Virus record (IMG/VR): IMGVR_UViG_3300024496_000012
Length of the DNA stretch: 64,000 bases
Direction: 5' to 3' (one strand)
Origin: a virus
Shown: positions 35,536-47,300 of the stretch, piece after piece
Numbering within the stretch: position 1 is the first letter of the stretch
How the letters are laid out: the number at the start of each line of letters is the position of its first letter
Notes under the pieces: generated by a model
The model's database searches: none
What the model was told of the DNA's origin: nothing
Seen by the model: the letters and a program-made list of their open reading frames with translations, nothing else
Position numbers and translations under genes: made by a program

Positions 35536-37680
35536 TTAGGTTGTAGTTGTTGTAAATGCCGGAGGACCAGATCTAATAATGTAGTTCACGGTTAGATATG
35601 GATTCATTATACCAACTGCCTGTTTTAATGTATAATCAACTGTTGGTTTCTTAATGCCTCCTGTAGTATTAAGATACTGTGCGCCACCAGGTACGTTCGG
35701 TCCAAGGCCAGTTGTTGCAGGAGAGTTAATAGCAGTATCCACTCTGACTGCAGAATATTGTATTCCATTTACTAACATAGAATGTTCGTGATCTGGAAGA
35801 TTTGACAGGTCTAATGTAACTGAACTCTGACCAGCAGAGCCGCCGATGCTTTGTGCCTTGATGTCAGGTACTCGACCAGCCGTGCCGCCGCCTGCATCAG
35901 TAAACCCGCCCAATGAGTTTGGAACACTCTGAGCATTATCCATATTGTCTCTGCCAAGAGCAAAGCGTCCTCGCATATCCGGAAGTCTAAATGTTCCTAC
36001 ACCAACTAGTGCTGTGGATCCATTATAAGTCGTTCCAATGATGTCATAAAGATCTGGATATTTTACACGCTCTACTTCTGATCCATCGCAGAACAAATAT
36101 CCGTATGGTGGAAGTTGTCCTGCATAAGGGAACATAGTCCCTATAGGAACACCTAGATCTCCGATAAAAGTATTTCTAGTCTGTTTGAGAAGACCGCTAG
36201 CTCCACCTTGTCCTGCCAAGCTAGGTCTATAGGTTAATACTAAATCCTCAGCGTTAGAATAGTTAGGATTAGGAAAATCTTTACTACTGATAATATTTGA
36301 TGTCAGCGATGTAACAAATATTTTTGTAGAACCCCCCACTTGCCCATCAAAAGAGATCGAAGGACTAATGACGTCTCCTTCAAGTTTAAAAGTTGTTGCT
36401 GTTCTCAAACTGGTTGCTGTGTTGGCGTTACCACTAATGTTACCATTCAAGATACCTTGTATTTCATCAGCAACGATAGTTTTTGCTCTCACAGTTTTCC
36501 AACGCTTGCTTGTCGAGCCCAGGTCAAATGTTTCTGTTGCCGATGGAACTACTCCACCTAACTGGGATGTTCCTGATACTGTTAGATCAGTACCGATCAG
36601 TACATTCTTTGTAACAGAAATGCCACCAAGTGTTCTTAAACTTCCGTTTGAAAGATTAGTACTCTGTGTGGTATTATTAATAATAACTGAACCGGTTATT
36701 TGTAGGTTACCGTCAATATCAAGAGCTTCTTCTGGCGCTAAAACATTAACACCTACAGACGTTCCTTTAACTCGAAGGACTGTGTTTGGTATTCCGTCTT
36801 TGTTAGTTTGTAAATCTAAAGAGCTTCCCGATTTAGAGTTGTAAATCGATGCTGATGTATTGTCATTAGATATACGGAAATCACTGTTAACACCTAGAGT
36901 TAAACCTTCATTGCTTCGAATAATGATCCCATAATCTGTTGTATTAGAAATATCCGATCTTAAAAACTTACCGGCGGCAACTTCTGTACCACCGACATTT
37001 AGTGCGTCCGCATTTTTTGCTGTTCCAAAAAGTTTAGGAATGTACCCGCCTTGAAATTTATCTTGTGTTGTTGCATCTGGGATATGGATGTTGATACCAG
37101 AATGTATAGGTACGGGATTTATTGCTGTCGGACTAAACCCTGGAATGTTTACTTTTGGTGTAAAACTATCTTTACTTACAATGATGATAGGTACATCAGC
37201 GATATAGAAAACTAAAATATTTCTTGTTACGTTGTCGCTATCTGATATAGCTTCTACAGCCGGTCCGTATCTTAGACCATCAACTGAACTTTCTGCAGGA
37301 CCTACAAGAATCCATCTAGCACCTGTGAAGATTCTTAACTGTTGATTGGTTGTGTCAATCCATAACTCACCAACTTTGGCTGTTTCTACACTTGGTTCAG
37401 AAGGACCTTTTTGTATTCCTGAAGCTGCTTTCCAATCACCATCGTAAAGTTTGAGCTGTGCATTTACTGTATCGTACCAAACCTGACCCACTGTAGGGTT
37501 AACTGGTTCGGTTCCAGCGGCAAAATTTTCTAGTAGATGTAGAAAGTTTTCTGCTATAGTTTGACCGTATCCTGTTACATTTCTACCAGGAAATGTTAGA
37601 CTGGTGCTAGAAGTGTCTGACGTATTGTCATAGACAGTGATAATCTTTGTTTTATCAGTACTGGTTACATTATATGGCAT
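35536..37680 (-). CDS. Tail fiber protein with tail collar domain
   Basis: Shared fiber N-terminus; PIGTMFPYAG..PP.GYLFCDG..V....YPDLY.IIGTTY...FRLPDMRGRF; C-terminal MNPYLTVNYIIR. Confidence 0.82.
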   Translation of the reverse strand: MPYNVTSTDKTKIITVYDNTSDTSSTSLTFPGRNVTGYGQTIAENFLHLLENFAAGTEPVNPTVGQVWYDTVNAQLKLYDGDWKAASGIQKGPSEPSVETAKVGELWIDTTNQQLRIFTGARWILVGPAESSVDGLRYGPAVEAISDSDNVTRNILVFYIADVPIIIVSKDSFTPKVNIPGFSPTAINPVPIHSGINIHIPDATTQDKFQGGYIPKLFGTAKNADALNVGGTEVAAGKFLRSDISNTTDYGIIIRSNEGLTLGVNSDFRISNDNTSASIYNSKSGSSLDLQTNKDGIPNTVLRVKGTSVGVNVLAPEEALDIDGNLQITGSVIINNTTQSTNLSNGSLRTLGGISVTKNVLIGTDLTVSGTSQLGGVVPSATETFDLGSTSKRWKTVRAKTIVADEIQGILNGNISGNANTATSLRTATTFKLEGDVISPSISFDGQVGGSTKIFVTSLTSNIISSKDFPNPNYSNAEDLVLTYRPSLAGQGGASGLLKQTRNTFIGDLGVPIGTMFPYAGQLPPYGYLFCDGSEVERVKYPDLYDIIGTTYNGSTALVGVGTFRLPDMRGRFALGRDNMDNAQSVPNSLGGFTDAGGGTAGRVPDIKAQSIGGSAGQSSVTLDLSNLPDHEHSMLVNGIQYSAVRVDTAINSPATTGLGPNVPGGAQYLNTTGGIKKPTVDYTLKQAVGIMNPYLTVNYIIRSGPPAFTTTTT

Positions 37681-37683
37681 TTA

Positions 37684-38343
37684 TTAAGCTCCAGTGAATC
37701 CAGTTAGACTCTGAATACGTATTGTATAATCAATCTGTAATAACCTATTCAAAGATTTTTGTACGGGGTGAAATACCACGTGTGTAAGAAGTTTACCTGT
37801 TCCGCTAGGATCGTAACTTCTTAGACCAAGTTCGTCAAAAACAAAGTTTCCGCTTAAATCCACAGAGTTGTCAAATGCTTCCTGATCAGTAGGTTCGCCG
37901 TAATCTAATAAACAACTAACAACAATATCCGAGTAAGTGGCTCCACTAATATGACGTATTTCCATCTTATTACGAACAGGATCTGAGTTGATTGCTGCTT
38001 GCTGATCTACTATTTTTTGATAGGTTTTGCTGTATAAACTAGAGTTTACACCGATAGTATTCGGAGTAAGATAAGTTATGAGTCCTGTAGGATCGACGGT
38101 TGTTCCGCCGTTACCAAAATCCATTTGATAGATAGTACCCAATCCCTGGTTTGATAAACTCTGTACCATCGCTACAGACATATTTTCATAATGAATAGCA
38201 TTACGCTTATCTACGAATATCTCGCCGTTTTGCGGATCATAGATCTTGATATGCCCTTCAAAATGGAAACCTCCAATTTCGTTGGGCTGAGCATCAGTTT
38301 TTTGCTGTTGGTTTTCGGTCATGTTAGTCTCTTGTGGTTCCAT
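37684..38343 (-). CDS. Putative virion/baseplate protein
   Basis: GHIKI.D...VDKRNAIH..FDELGL..LLTHVVFHPVQKSLNR..IDYTIRI; lies within the tail module. Confidence 0.6.
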   Translation of the reverse strand: MEPQETNMTENQQQKTDAQPNEIGGFHFEGHIKIYDPQNGEIFVDKRNAIHYENMSVAMVQSLSNQGLGTIYQMDFGNGGTTVDPTGLITYLTPNTIGVNSSLYSKTYQKIVDQQAAINSDPVRNKMEIRHISGATYSDIVVSCLLDYGEPTDQEAFDNSVDLSGNFVFDELGLRSYDPSGTGKLLTHVVFHPVQKSLNRLLQIDYTIRIQSLTGFTGA

Positions 38344-38348
38344 ATCAG

Positions 38349-38356
38349 TATTTATT
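38349..38356 (-). promoter_or_regulatory. Late promoter motif AATAAATA
   Basis: Overlaps the stop of the giant gene, 5 nt upstream of ATG 38343. Confidence 0.5.
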
Positions 38357-41300
38357 CAGGTATTTTAGTAGTCTTTTCTGCTATGAATCTAGCGATCGGA
38401 GTTGTGTTTTCTAGCAGCGTAACGCCTCTAGTAACGGTATTTTCGCCTCGATCATACCAAGTTCTACCTAGTTTCCTGATGACAGTTATCAGCGTATTTG
38501 CTGGAACTGTTTCGGTTAGTCTTATGTAAGGGGTGGTTCCGTCAACACTAAACTCTGCTTCAAGAGTCTTGTATTTTCCGGATCCTTCGGCTCCTAGAGT
38601 TTCATCAAATACCTGTAAGGGATCTTTACGCAGTCTGCGGCCGCCTACAAATACTTCTATCTGATCACAAGGCCCAAAATCTGATGGGATGGTATTTTTA
38701 TACCATATTGATCTAGTTCCTTTGCTAGGTGTAAACTCTAACGGTCCGATTGTTTGAGCTGTTCCTATAGTAGAATCGTCTGATTTCCCATCGCTGGTAA
38801 AATCTGTACGATCTTGCGTTTCGTTATAAGGAACTGTTTCCTTGATACCTACATCAACGACATAGCTGCCCTTGGCATGCAATGTAGCTATCGATGTTCC
38901 TAGGCTTCCTCTTCTGAGTTTAGAAAGAACATTTCCAACCTTAGATAGATACTCAATACGCTCGTTGTTTATGGTTATTATTCCAGGAATATTTCTAGAA
39001 GGAATAGGATCTGAAAGTTCAGTAGAATCTGTAACTTCTAGTGAGGTGTCAAAATAGTTCAAATCTTTTGCCAGTACAACATCCATTCCTTGTGAATACC
39101 TCTTGAAGTGGTAGACATTTAACATGTCTTTATAGATTTCATATCCACTAGGTAATCTATAGATCTGAGACCCAAATAAAAGAATTTTTATATTATCATC
39201 TTCAGTAGTCTTGTTCTTGAGATATATCAATGATCGATCTTGATCTACATAATAATCAACATCTTGTGACAATCTATCTCCATTTTTATAAACCCATACA
39301 TAGCTTACTGATATAGGGCTGTGAGAGAGTCGGTATTGTACCTTACCACCAGTATATTCGTCTGAGATTAGATCCATCGAAGTATATTCGTTGAACCATG
39401 TAACACCAATAGTGTCACCGTCAACTAATGATATTGTATCTAATAAAACTAGACTATTGTTTTCTATTTTATAATCAGATATAAAATTTGTTTCTATTTT
39501 AATAACATCACCTTTAGTCAATGATTTTGTGATAGTAATAGTTTTAGAAGTACCATCATAGACATAATCTTGAATAAAAGTCTTAAGTTCATCGTTAATA
39601 TAAACAGAAATGTTGCTAGTTAGTACAGCACCCGGGCCGGTGTAAGGATCTTCTCCTAGAACAAAATCTTTAGTTACTCCATCATAGACAAAATAAACAC
39701 TATCGGGTCCCTTTAATGCTTTTCCGTTAACTTCGACTATCATCGATGACGCGGCCGATGCGTTAAGAACATTATTAAAGTTGGCACCGATCTGAGATAC
39801 TAGTTTAGGATCTTCAGTTACAGAATGATTTAAACTAAAGGTTCTTGTACTTCCTTCATAGTTAAACACTTGTTGATTGATCCTTACTACACCGTATCCG
39901 TCTAATACATTACCGTTTTCAGAACCTAAAACAAGTATAGATATTACATCACCTAGAGTTGGTTTTATACCAAACTGGACCAATGTTCTATTTTGAGAAT
40001 CAACAACTCCTGTACTGTTGACGAATGCTGTTTCCTTATAGATTCCATTTACTGTTACAAATATTGAAGTAGTATCTGTATAGTTTGCATCAGTTAAAAA
40101 TAAACTAGTATCACCATCAGCTACAAACTCTTGATAATCTAAAAGATTGTGGCCGCCAATACCTAAAGAAATAATTTCAATAATATTTCCCGCAGGTGCT
40201 AGGCTGTTTAAAGTTATTTCTTGATCTTTATAATCGATAGAATAATCTATAGTTTCTGTTTTCTTAATCTTATTGATATAGACTAACAAAGAGCTATTTT
40301 CGATTATTTTTTGTCCTATCTTATAAGTTAAAGTTATTCCATCTGAATAGATAGTCCTGTGGTTAAGAGGAGTGGCTCCCGACCTTGTGTTATTAAACAC
40401 TTTTATAGAAAGACTATCTAGTACCTGTCCAGGAACATTTTCTTCAGGTGCAGGAACTTGTTCAGGACTTATAAATTTACCACCCTCTAGAACTATTTCT
40501 TCTGCGGCAGTACCTGAAGCAGTTGAATATGCTCCGCTCATAGCAGCTAATGTGCCACCACTTATCTTTGTGTCTAAAATGTTGGAATCATTAATAGTAA
40601 CAGAACCATCACTTTCGATTTGTCTGAATACCAATGTATCACCTGCATTTAAACTCAAATAAGGAGTTAGCATTATCACAGAAGTCGATCCATCCCCTAT
40701 AAAGGTAGGTATTTCTGCATGAGGATTAGTCTGCATAGAACTATCTTGCGCAGGGTTAAAATATGGATCGTCTATTCTTATAAACTGTGTGTCACCATTT
40801 CTCTTAATATAGATGTTATAAATTTGGCCAGCAGCAGGAGGTGCATCAAAAGTATACGATGCCGTACTTCCATCTGCCCTAAAATAAATGTCATTTGATG
40901 ATTCTACACTGTCCCAGCTGTCAGAAAACCAAGGTAGAGCATCCCAACCACCAGTGACTTCAAATGTTGTTCCTTGTACTTGGACGCCACCAAAGTCTAG
41001 ACCGGTCATTAACTGATTAAGTTCTTTTCCTAGCATTCCAGAAGCAGTAGGCGATGATGATTCTGTTAGATAATATTTGTTTATCCTGTCAACAGCATAC
41101 AATAACTCATCGTTCTTTTCGTAGGTAATAACGATATTGTCACCTTTGTTTGGAGCTGAAACAAAGATTACCGATCCTTTTAATAAAGAGTAGTTGTCTA
41201 TACCTTCTTTATAAATCTTTACAGAATATTCATCTTTATAAACAACATTACCATTTCTTAAAATGTTGATCTTATTCTTATTGTTAGATGGTGCATAGCT

Positions 41301-44300
41301 GAGTTTAAAAACAGCATTGTTTCCTTCAGCAACAAAAGTATCTGTCTTTGTAAAAGTAGAATAAGAAGATTCTTTATTAACTCGATCAAATCTCAATGAA
41401 AGATTAAATGTCCTAGTTTTAGAATCACCAAGTACCGGTATTGCTGTTGCTATATCGGTGCTGTTTCCGTTGCCGCCAACTAGTTTTATAGAAGCTCTTG
41501 TGTATCCTGAGCCAGCAGTTAACAACTCAACACCAGACACAGATCCGTTTGAGATGTAGGCTTTTGCAGTTGCGCCGGTTCCGTCGCCGTCAATAATAAC
41601 TGTAGGCGGTGAATTATATTCTGATCCCGGATTAGACAACCTAATCTCAGTTATAGAATATCTATGATTATCGAGCCACCATTTCCATGGATATCTCTGA
41701 ATCGTTTCTTGGGTTTCTGTTACTGATGTTATTTTTCCTTCAGATACATTATATGCAGGTGGAAGGTCAAAATCAGAAGTAGATAGTCCTGTTGTTTCTA
41801 GGGTATTATACCTACTAATGTATTCTCTCACTGTTGTTCTATATGGTTTAACTTCGTTGATATAATCTTGGAAGCTCGCAAGGTTATCATTTTTATAGTT
41901 TAACTTCTGCTCAAAAGCTCCAACATTATGTGTGGCAGTAACAAGACTAGTCTTGAACATCCAATCAACATATTTCTGTTCTGTTAATACATATCGAACT
42001 GCTACAAAGAACAAACTACTCCATTGGTCGCCGAAACCTAGATTATAGGCATTATCTTTTACTGCACGTAGAATATTTCTTAGTTCTTTAGCGTTTTCAA
42101 GATCATAAAATGCAGTATCGTATGACTTGTTATTATCATAACCTATTCCGCCAACTGTTGGATCGTATAGAGAAGGTTCTAATAAAACTGTTCCTTTTTC
42201 TCTTCCTACTAGCATCCAGTCATCTGACGGATTCGAGCTACCTTCAGAAGTTTTTAACAATACAGCCCAACCGCCAGATGCGTATTCTTTTATACGTACC
42301 ATATCGCCTACATAGGTGGTAACAAACCCTAGATATGAAATATTAGGAATCTCTTTGACTATTCTGTCAACTGATGAATAACCGGTCAACCACCAGTCTT
42401 GTAAACTCCAATATCTAGTTGTATCATAAGCCTGAGTTCTTGTGCGATAGAATGTCTTCTTATCACTGTTGTAGGCATATATGCCCCAGAAGTTATTGGC
42501 TGTAGCATCTTTGTTAACCAACACTGAGAAAGGTCTAATGGATGCAGAAGCATAACTGTACTTTCTACCTTTAGTTGTAACCGTAACAGATATTATTCTG
42601 CCTTGTGAATCTATAGTTGCTTCGGCTGCTGCTAGTTCACCATCTCCGTCAATGATTACTGGTGGAACTACTTTGTAACCAAAACCTTTGCTTACTATAT
42701 CAATAGTATCTACCTGTCCGTTTATGATATTCACTTGCAAAATCGCAGGTTCTACACGAGTAGTGCTTACGGTTTCAAGATCGATATCTGTGTCAACTGC
42801 TACATCATAGAGATTTAGTTGGCTGTTAGGGGCAGGATCGACTAGATTTAGGTACGTAAAGTCCAATGAATCTGTCAACGGATACGTTGACAAGAATGCA
42901 TTCAGATTATCGACTGTTAATCTTAGTGCAGTTAATCGGTTAATAAACATACCTTGTCTAGGTCTAAACTCGATTCCGTATCTTAATTTCGCAGGCAGTC
43001 CCGGATCAGGAACTCTATTACCAACAGAATCGTATCCTACAAGACTGTCGATCCATTTGGTTTCAAGTTTATAAGACGGAACACCTTGAGTTGACCCTTC
43101 TCTAATCAACTGGTATTCGTTGTGTACAGGGTTTAACGAACTAGTATCTTTCTTATACTCTATATTCAACAAAGCATAATCAGTTGAAATAATCGATTTG
43201 AAGTTATACAACAAAAGAGTATTTTCTGCTGCTATGCCTACAAATGCTGTTCCCGAACCAATAGGGTTATTAATATATGAAGCCACTGTTGATGCTGATA
43301 TATTTCTGCCTATAACATTAGTAGGTAAAATAGTTTTATTTTTTACCCAGTAATAGTAGTACGTTTCTGTTGCCGCACCAGTCGACGCATTATATAGAAT
43401 ACGTTGAGAATAGACATCGTCGTTAGGATATAAAGGTTGTCCTGAGATACCGTTGGCTATTCCGTTGTTTGTATCTGCTAATGCGGCCCACTCACTAGGC
43501 AACAGTTTGGTCTTTACCCATTCATAAACATCGATGCTAGAACCAGGAACTTGTCTACTCCAGTTTCCTACTCTATAAGATGTATCACCTTGTTCGTAGT
43601 ACATCCACTTAGCTGTAGATGTATTCCACCATAGTTTTCCTACATGATGATCAGTCCATTCTTGCGATGGTATAACTGTTTGTAAGTCTGTACCAATAGA
43701 ATACACAGCAGGATCGTAAGGAACTTTGAAAGTTAACTCTTGTTCTGCTTCGTTTAATATTTTACCCTTAGCTGGATCGATTATATCCAGATCTTGTATT
43801 TTTTTATTGTTTACATCATCGTAAAGAGAAATGCTCTTTAACTTTTCTATATCAACGACTAAGCTTCTTTGCGATAGGATCTCCCAAGAATTTACATTTT
43901 CTAGTTTCTTGAACAGTCTCACATGACCGGTCTTTTGATTTAATACGTTAGAATAATAATCAGGAGAACCAACTAAAATGTTATCTGGTGTACAATACAC
44001 GCTGTAACCAAAAGATTCGTTCGATGACAGATCAGCAGATAGTTTTTCAGCTAAGAAATAAACATCTGCTTTTCTCTCGAATACGTAAACTGCTCCGGCA
44101 AAACCATAATCTTTACTAAATCTTGTAGCTCCGTGATCGAAGGTAGTAGTTCCTTCATCCTTGCTAAAGAATGTAACCGACTCATGATAAGGAGTATTCT
44201 TTGCTCCAATAACAATTTTTTCTGTATTTCCACTTATACAGATGCTCTGTCCAAAATATTCATTAGGATAATCTTCAAAACTTTCTAGTTTTTGTTTTAC

Positions 44301-47300
44301 TCTAAAAATATTGTTTGTTAATCTTAATACATAGGCCGAACCTTGATTCTGTAGATTTATATCTCCCAGCGGACTAGCGATAACCAATGTAGTTCCTGAC
44401 CAATCTAAATCCAATGATGCACCGAACTGATCGCCTACATTTATTGTTTCTACTTTAGAAAGATCGCTGTACTCAGAAAGATTATCTGCACCAATAGTCT
44501 GCACTAATCTGTAACCGGTTGATTCTTTTTTGTAAACAAAAACTTTTCCAGATGGATTCATCGTACTATCGCCAATAGACACCCACGGCAATGTTGTCGG
44601 ATTGGTTCCGGTATTAGTATATGTGGAATCTGATGTGTCTGGAGCTAACTTATAGTACAATCCTTCATACTGTACTACTTCACCTTCGAAGTATTCTGTA
44701 GTAGAATTCCACACACCTCTGTACTGATCAAAAACCTGTCCATCACTAAACGGAGCGCCAACTGCAATAATATCACCTGTATAGCTCATGGCTATCGCCG
44801 AGCCATACTGGTCTCCTATCTTTAGCATTTCAACATCACTGTTAAGTATACCGTGAGCCATAGTAGATCTATCTTGAACTAGTGAGTTGTTCAATGCTAG
44901 TTCAGATGGAAGAATCTCGCCAATCTCCCATCCAGTTCCGTTATGACTGTATACGTAAACTCGACCGATGCCATCTAAAGATCCAGGAGCTGACACTATC
45001 ATCGAATATGATGTACCGCTCTTGGCCATCTTAATAGATGAACCAAATAGTTCCCCGGCTGCCGGTCTTGGGCTTGCAAAAGTTTTATAATAATCCCAAC
45101 CTTGAGATGTCCTTGTATAAAGAACAATCATTCCCTGTTCTGAGAATCCATCTCCCCTGGCTTCTCCATAGGCTTCAATGTTTGTTGCTCGGTCCCAATC
45201 TTCTGTGTTAAATGTTAAAGTGCTGCCATCAGGTGACACAAACTTGTTAGGTGTCCATAAAATATCATCATAAAGGACAACATCCTCAAGAGCATAACTC
45301 TTTGTAGAACTAAATGGTCCTAGATATGTATTTTTAACACCACTGGCTAAGGGAACGCCAATAGCCAACCATTGACCGTCTGGACTTACTGTAATGGCCT
45401 GACCGAATGATCCTATTGATAATGTTCTAAACTCGATCAGCGGTGATAATATCTGCTTAGGAGTCAATGCACCGTTAATATCAGAATAAACAACGGCATA
45501 GCCCGATCCCGGAATACCAACTATAGATTCTTTTGATCTATTATCATAAAAGACTGCTGCACCAGTTCTCAGTGGTGATGTTAAACCATATTCACTGATT
45601 TCTCCAAAAGAATATTGTTTGGTTTTTCTAATAACTTCCCACAGCCCGCTACCATTATCGTCAACCCATAGAGTAGATCCTTCTTTCCACAAAGCTACTT
45701 TTTCAGGATCAACCATGTCGTAGGTATCAAATCTAACTTCAGTAAACAATCCTACATTGGTAACTGTGCTGCCGTCAATAACCGGATCCTGTGCTGCAGG
45801 AGTAACAGTAACGCTAATAGTCATATCACTGACTTCAGTAATCTTATAAAATCCTGTTAGGTTAGGAATCGATCTAAAGCCTACAATGTCGCCCACAGTC
45901 AACCCATGGCGGCGATTCATTGTAACAGTAACAGTTAACCCAGATTTTACAGCATCAACGACCTTGAGGTTTGCAGCTTCTGAGAATCTCCATACGGTCC
46001 AATCAGGTGAATAAAATGTAAGCCAAAAATGTGCGCCTTCAGAAACTGTAGAAATGTCTATACCTAATATAGCGTCTGCATTATATAGAGCAAAATCAAC
46101 TTGAGATGTTGCTACATATCCTGCTGTGTTTTCAGGTTCTGCCTCTAGACTTAAAGGATTTATGTTTGTAGTATAAGGTGTTGGGGAGATAGTAAAATCA
46201 CTGCCAATAACTCTATAATAACGATCGCTAGAAACAGACGGAATAGAATTTACAAACAGCAGAGGCTGAGGATTTAATGGAAACTCGGATTTTTCTATCT
46301 TTATTTCATATTCTTTAAGTTGATCAACACCACCAAAGCGTCCAACTCTAAATGCCCACTCTTCATCAAGAACTAATGCCGATTCCGATGAGCGACTTAT
46401 TTTATCAAAAACTTTCTTGACAGAGTTTATAGTTCCTTTTTCTCTAATGAATCCTTGATACAACTGGAACTGGGTCACTGGATCTTCTGCGAGATTCTGT
46501 AGATATTCTCTAGACTGATATCCCACAGTATGACGTGCAAGCTCTCGCTGAGTTTCTCCAATGCCTTGTGATTCAACATTAAAATAATCATCAAACTGTT
46601 TGATCTTGTAATCAAAGTTTGATAACAGTTGTTTTTCTGGAACTGTATCTAGTTTAGTCCATAGATTAGTATTGAAAGATTCTGATCCTTCTTGATTAAC
46701 TTGGCTTACCCAATAGTATTGCTGATAAGCAACAATATCCCCTAGTCTATAATCTACAAATGGTTGCCATACAGCGATATCAACGTTGTCAAATAAGAAA
46801 CCCGGACTTGTATAATCGCCGTACCAGTCAGTGGTACGGAATCCTAGACTCTTGATTCGTTGCTGTCTATATCCGGTTGGTTTATCATAGATGATGTCAC
46901 TGAACACCGTTTTATCACTGAACACTGTTACGTGTTCTTTTAGAACATAATATAATCTAATATAATATATGCCCTCTGTAGTATTGGTAGTTTCAACAGT
47001 TATTTCTTGGAACTGTCGATCCACGTTGATATATTGTGGCTGTAAAGGTTTACCATCACTCTTTAATACCTGATAATCATAAAAGCCATCTAACAGGTTG
47101 TCTGCTACTCCAACAGGAGTCTTTATATAGACTTTCTGAGAGGCTGGACTTAATGTGATAATCGATCCTATAGCCCAGTTATGTCTGGTCCAGAACATGA
47201 ACTCTTTACAACTAGTGGTCCAGTCTTGGCTTACTTGATTATCAGGATCATAATTTTCAAATACAAATCCTCTAGATTTGAGATAGGCTTCGTATCCTAG

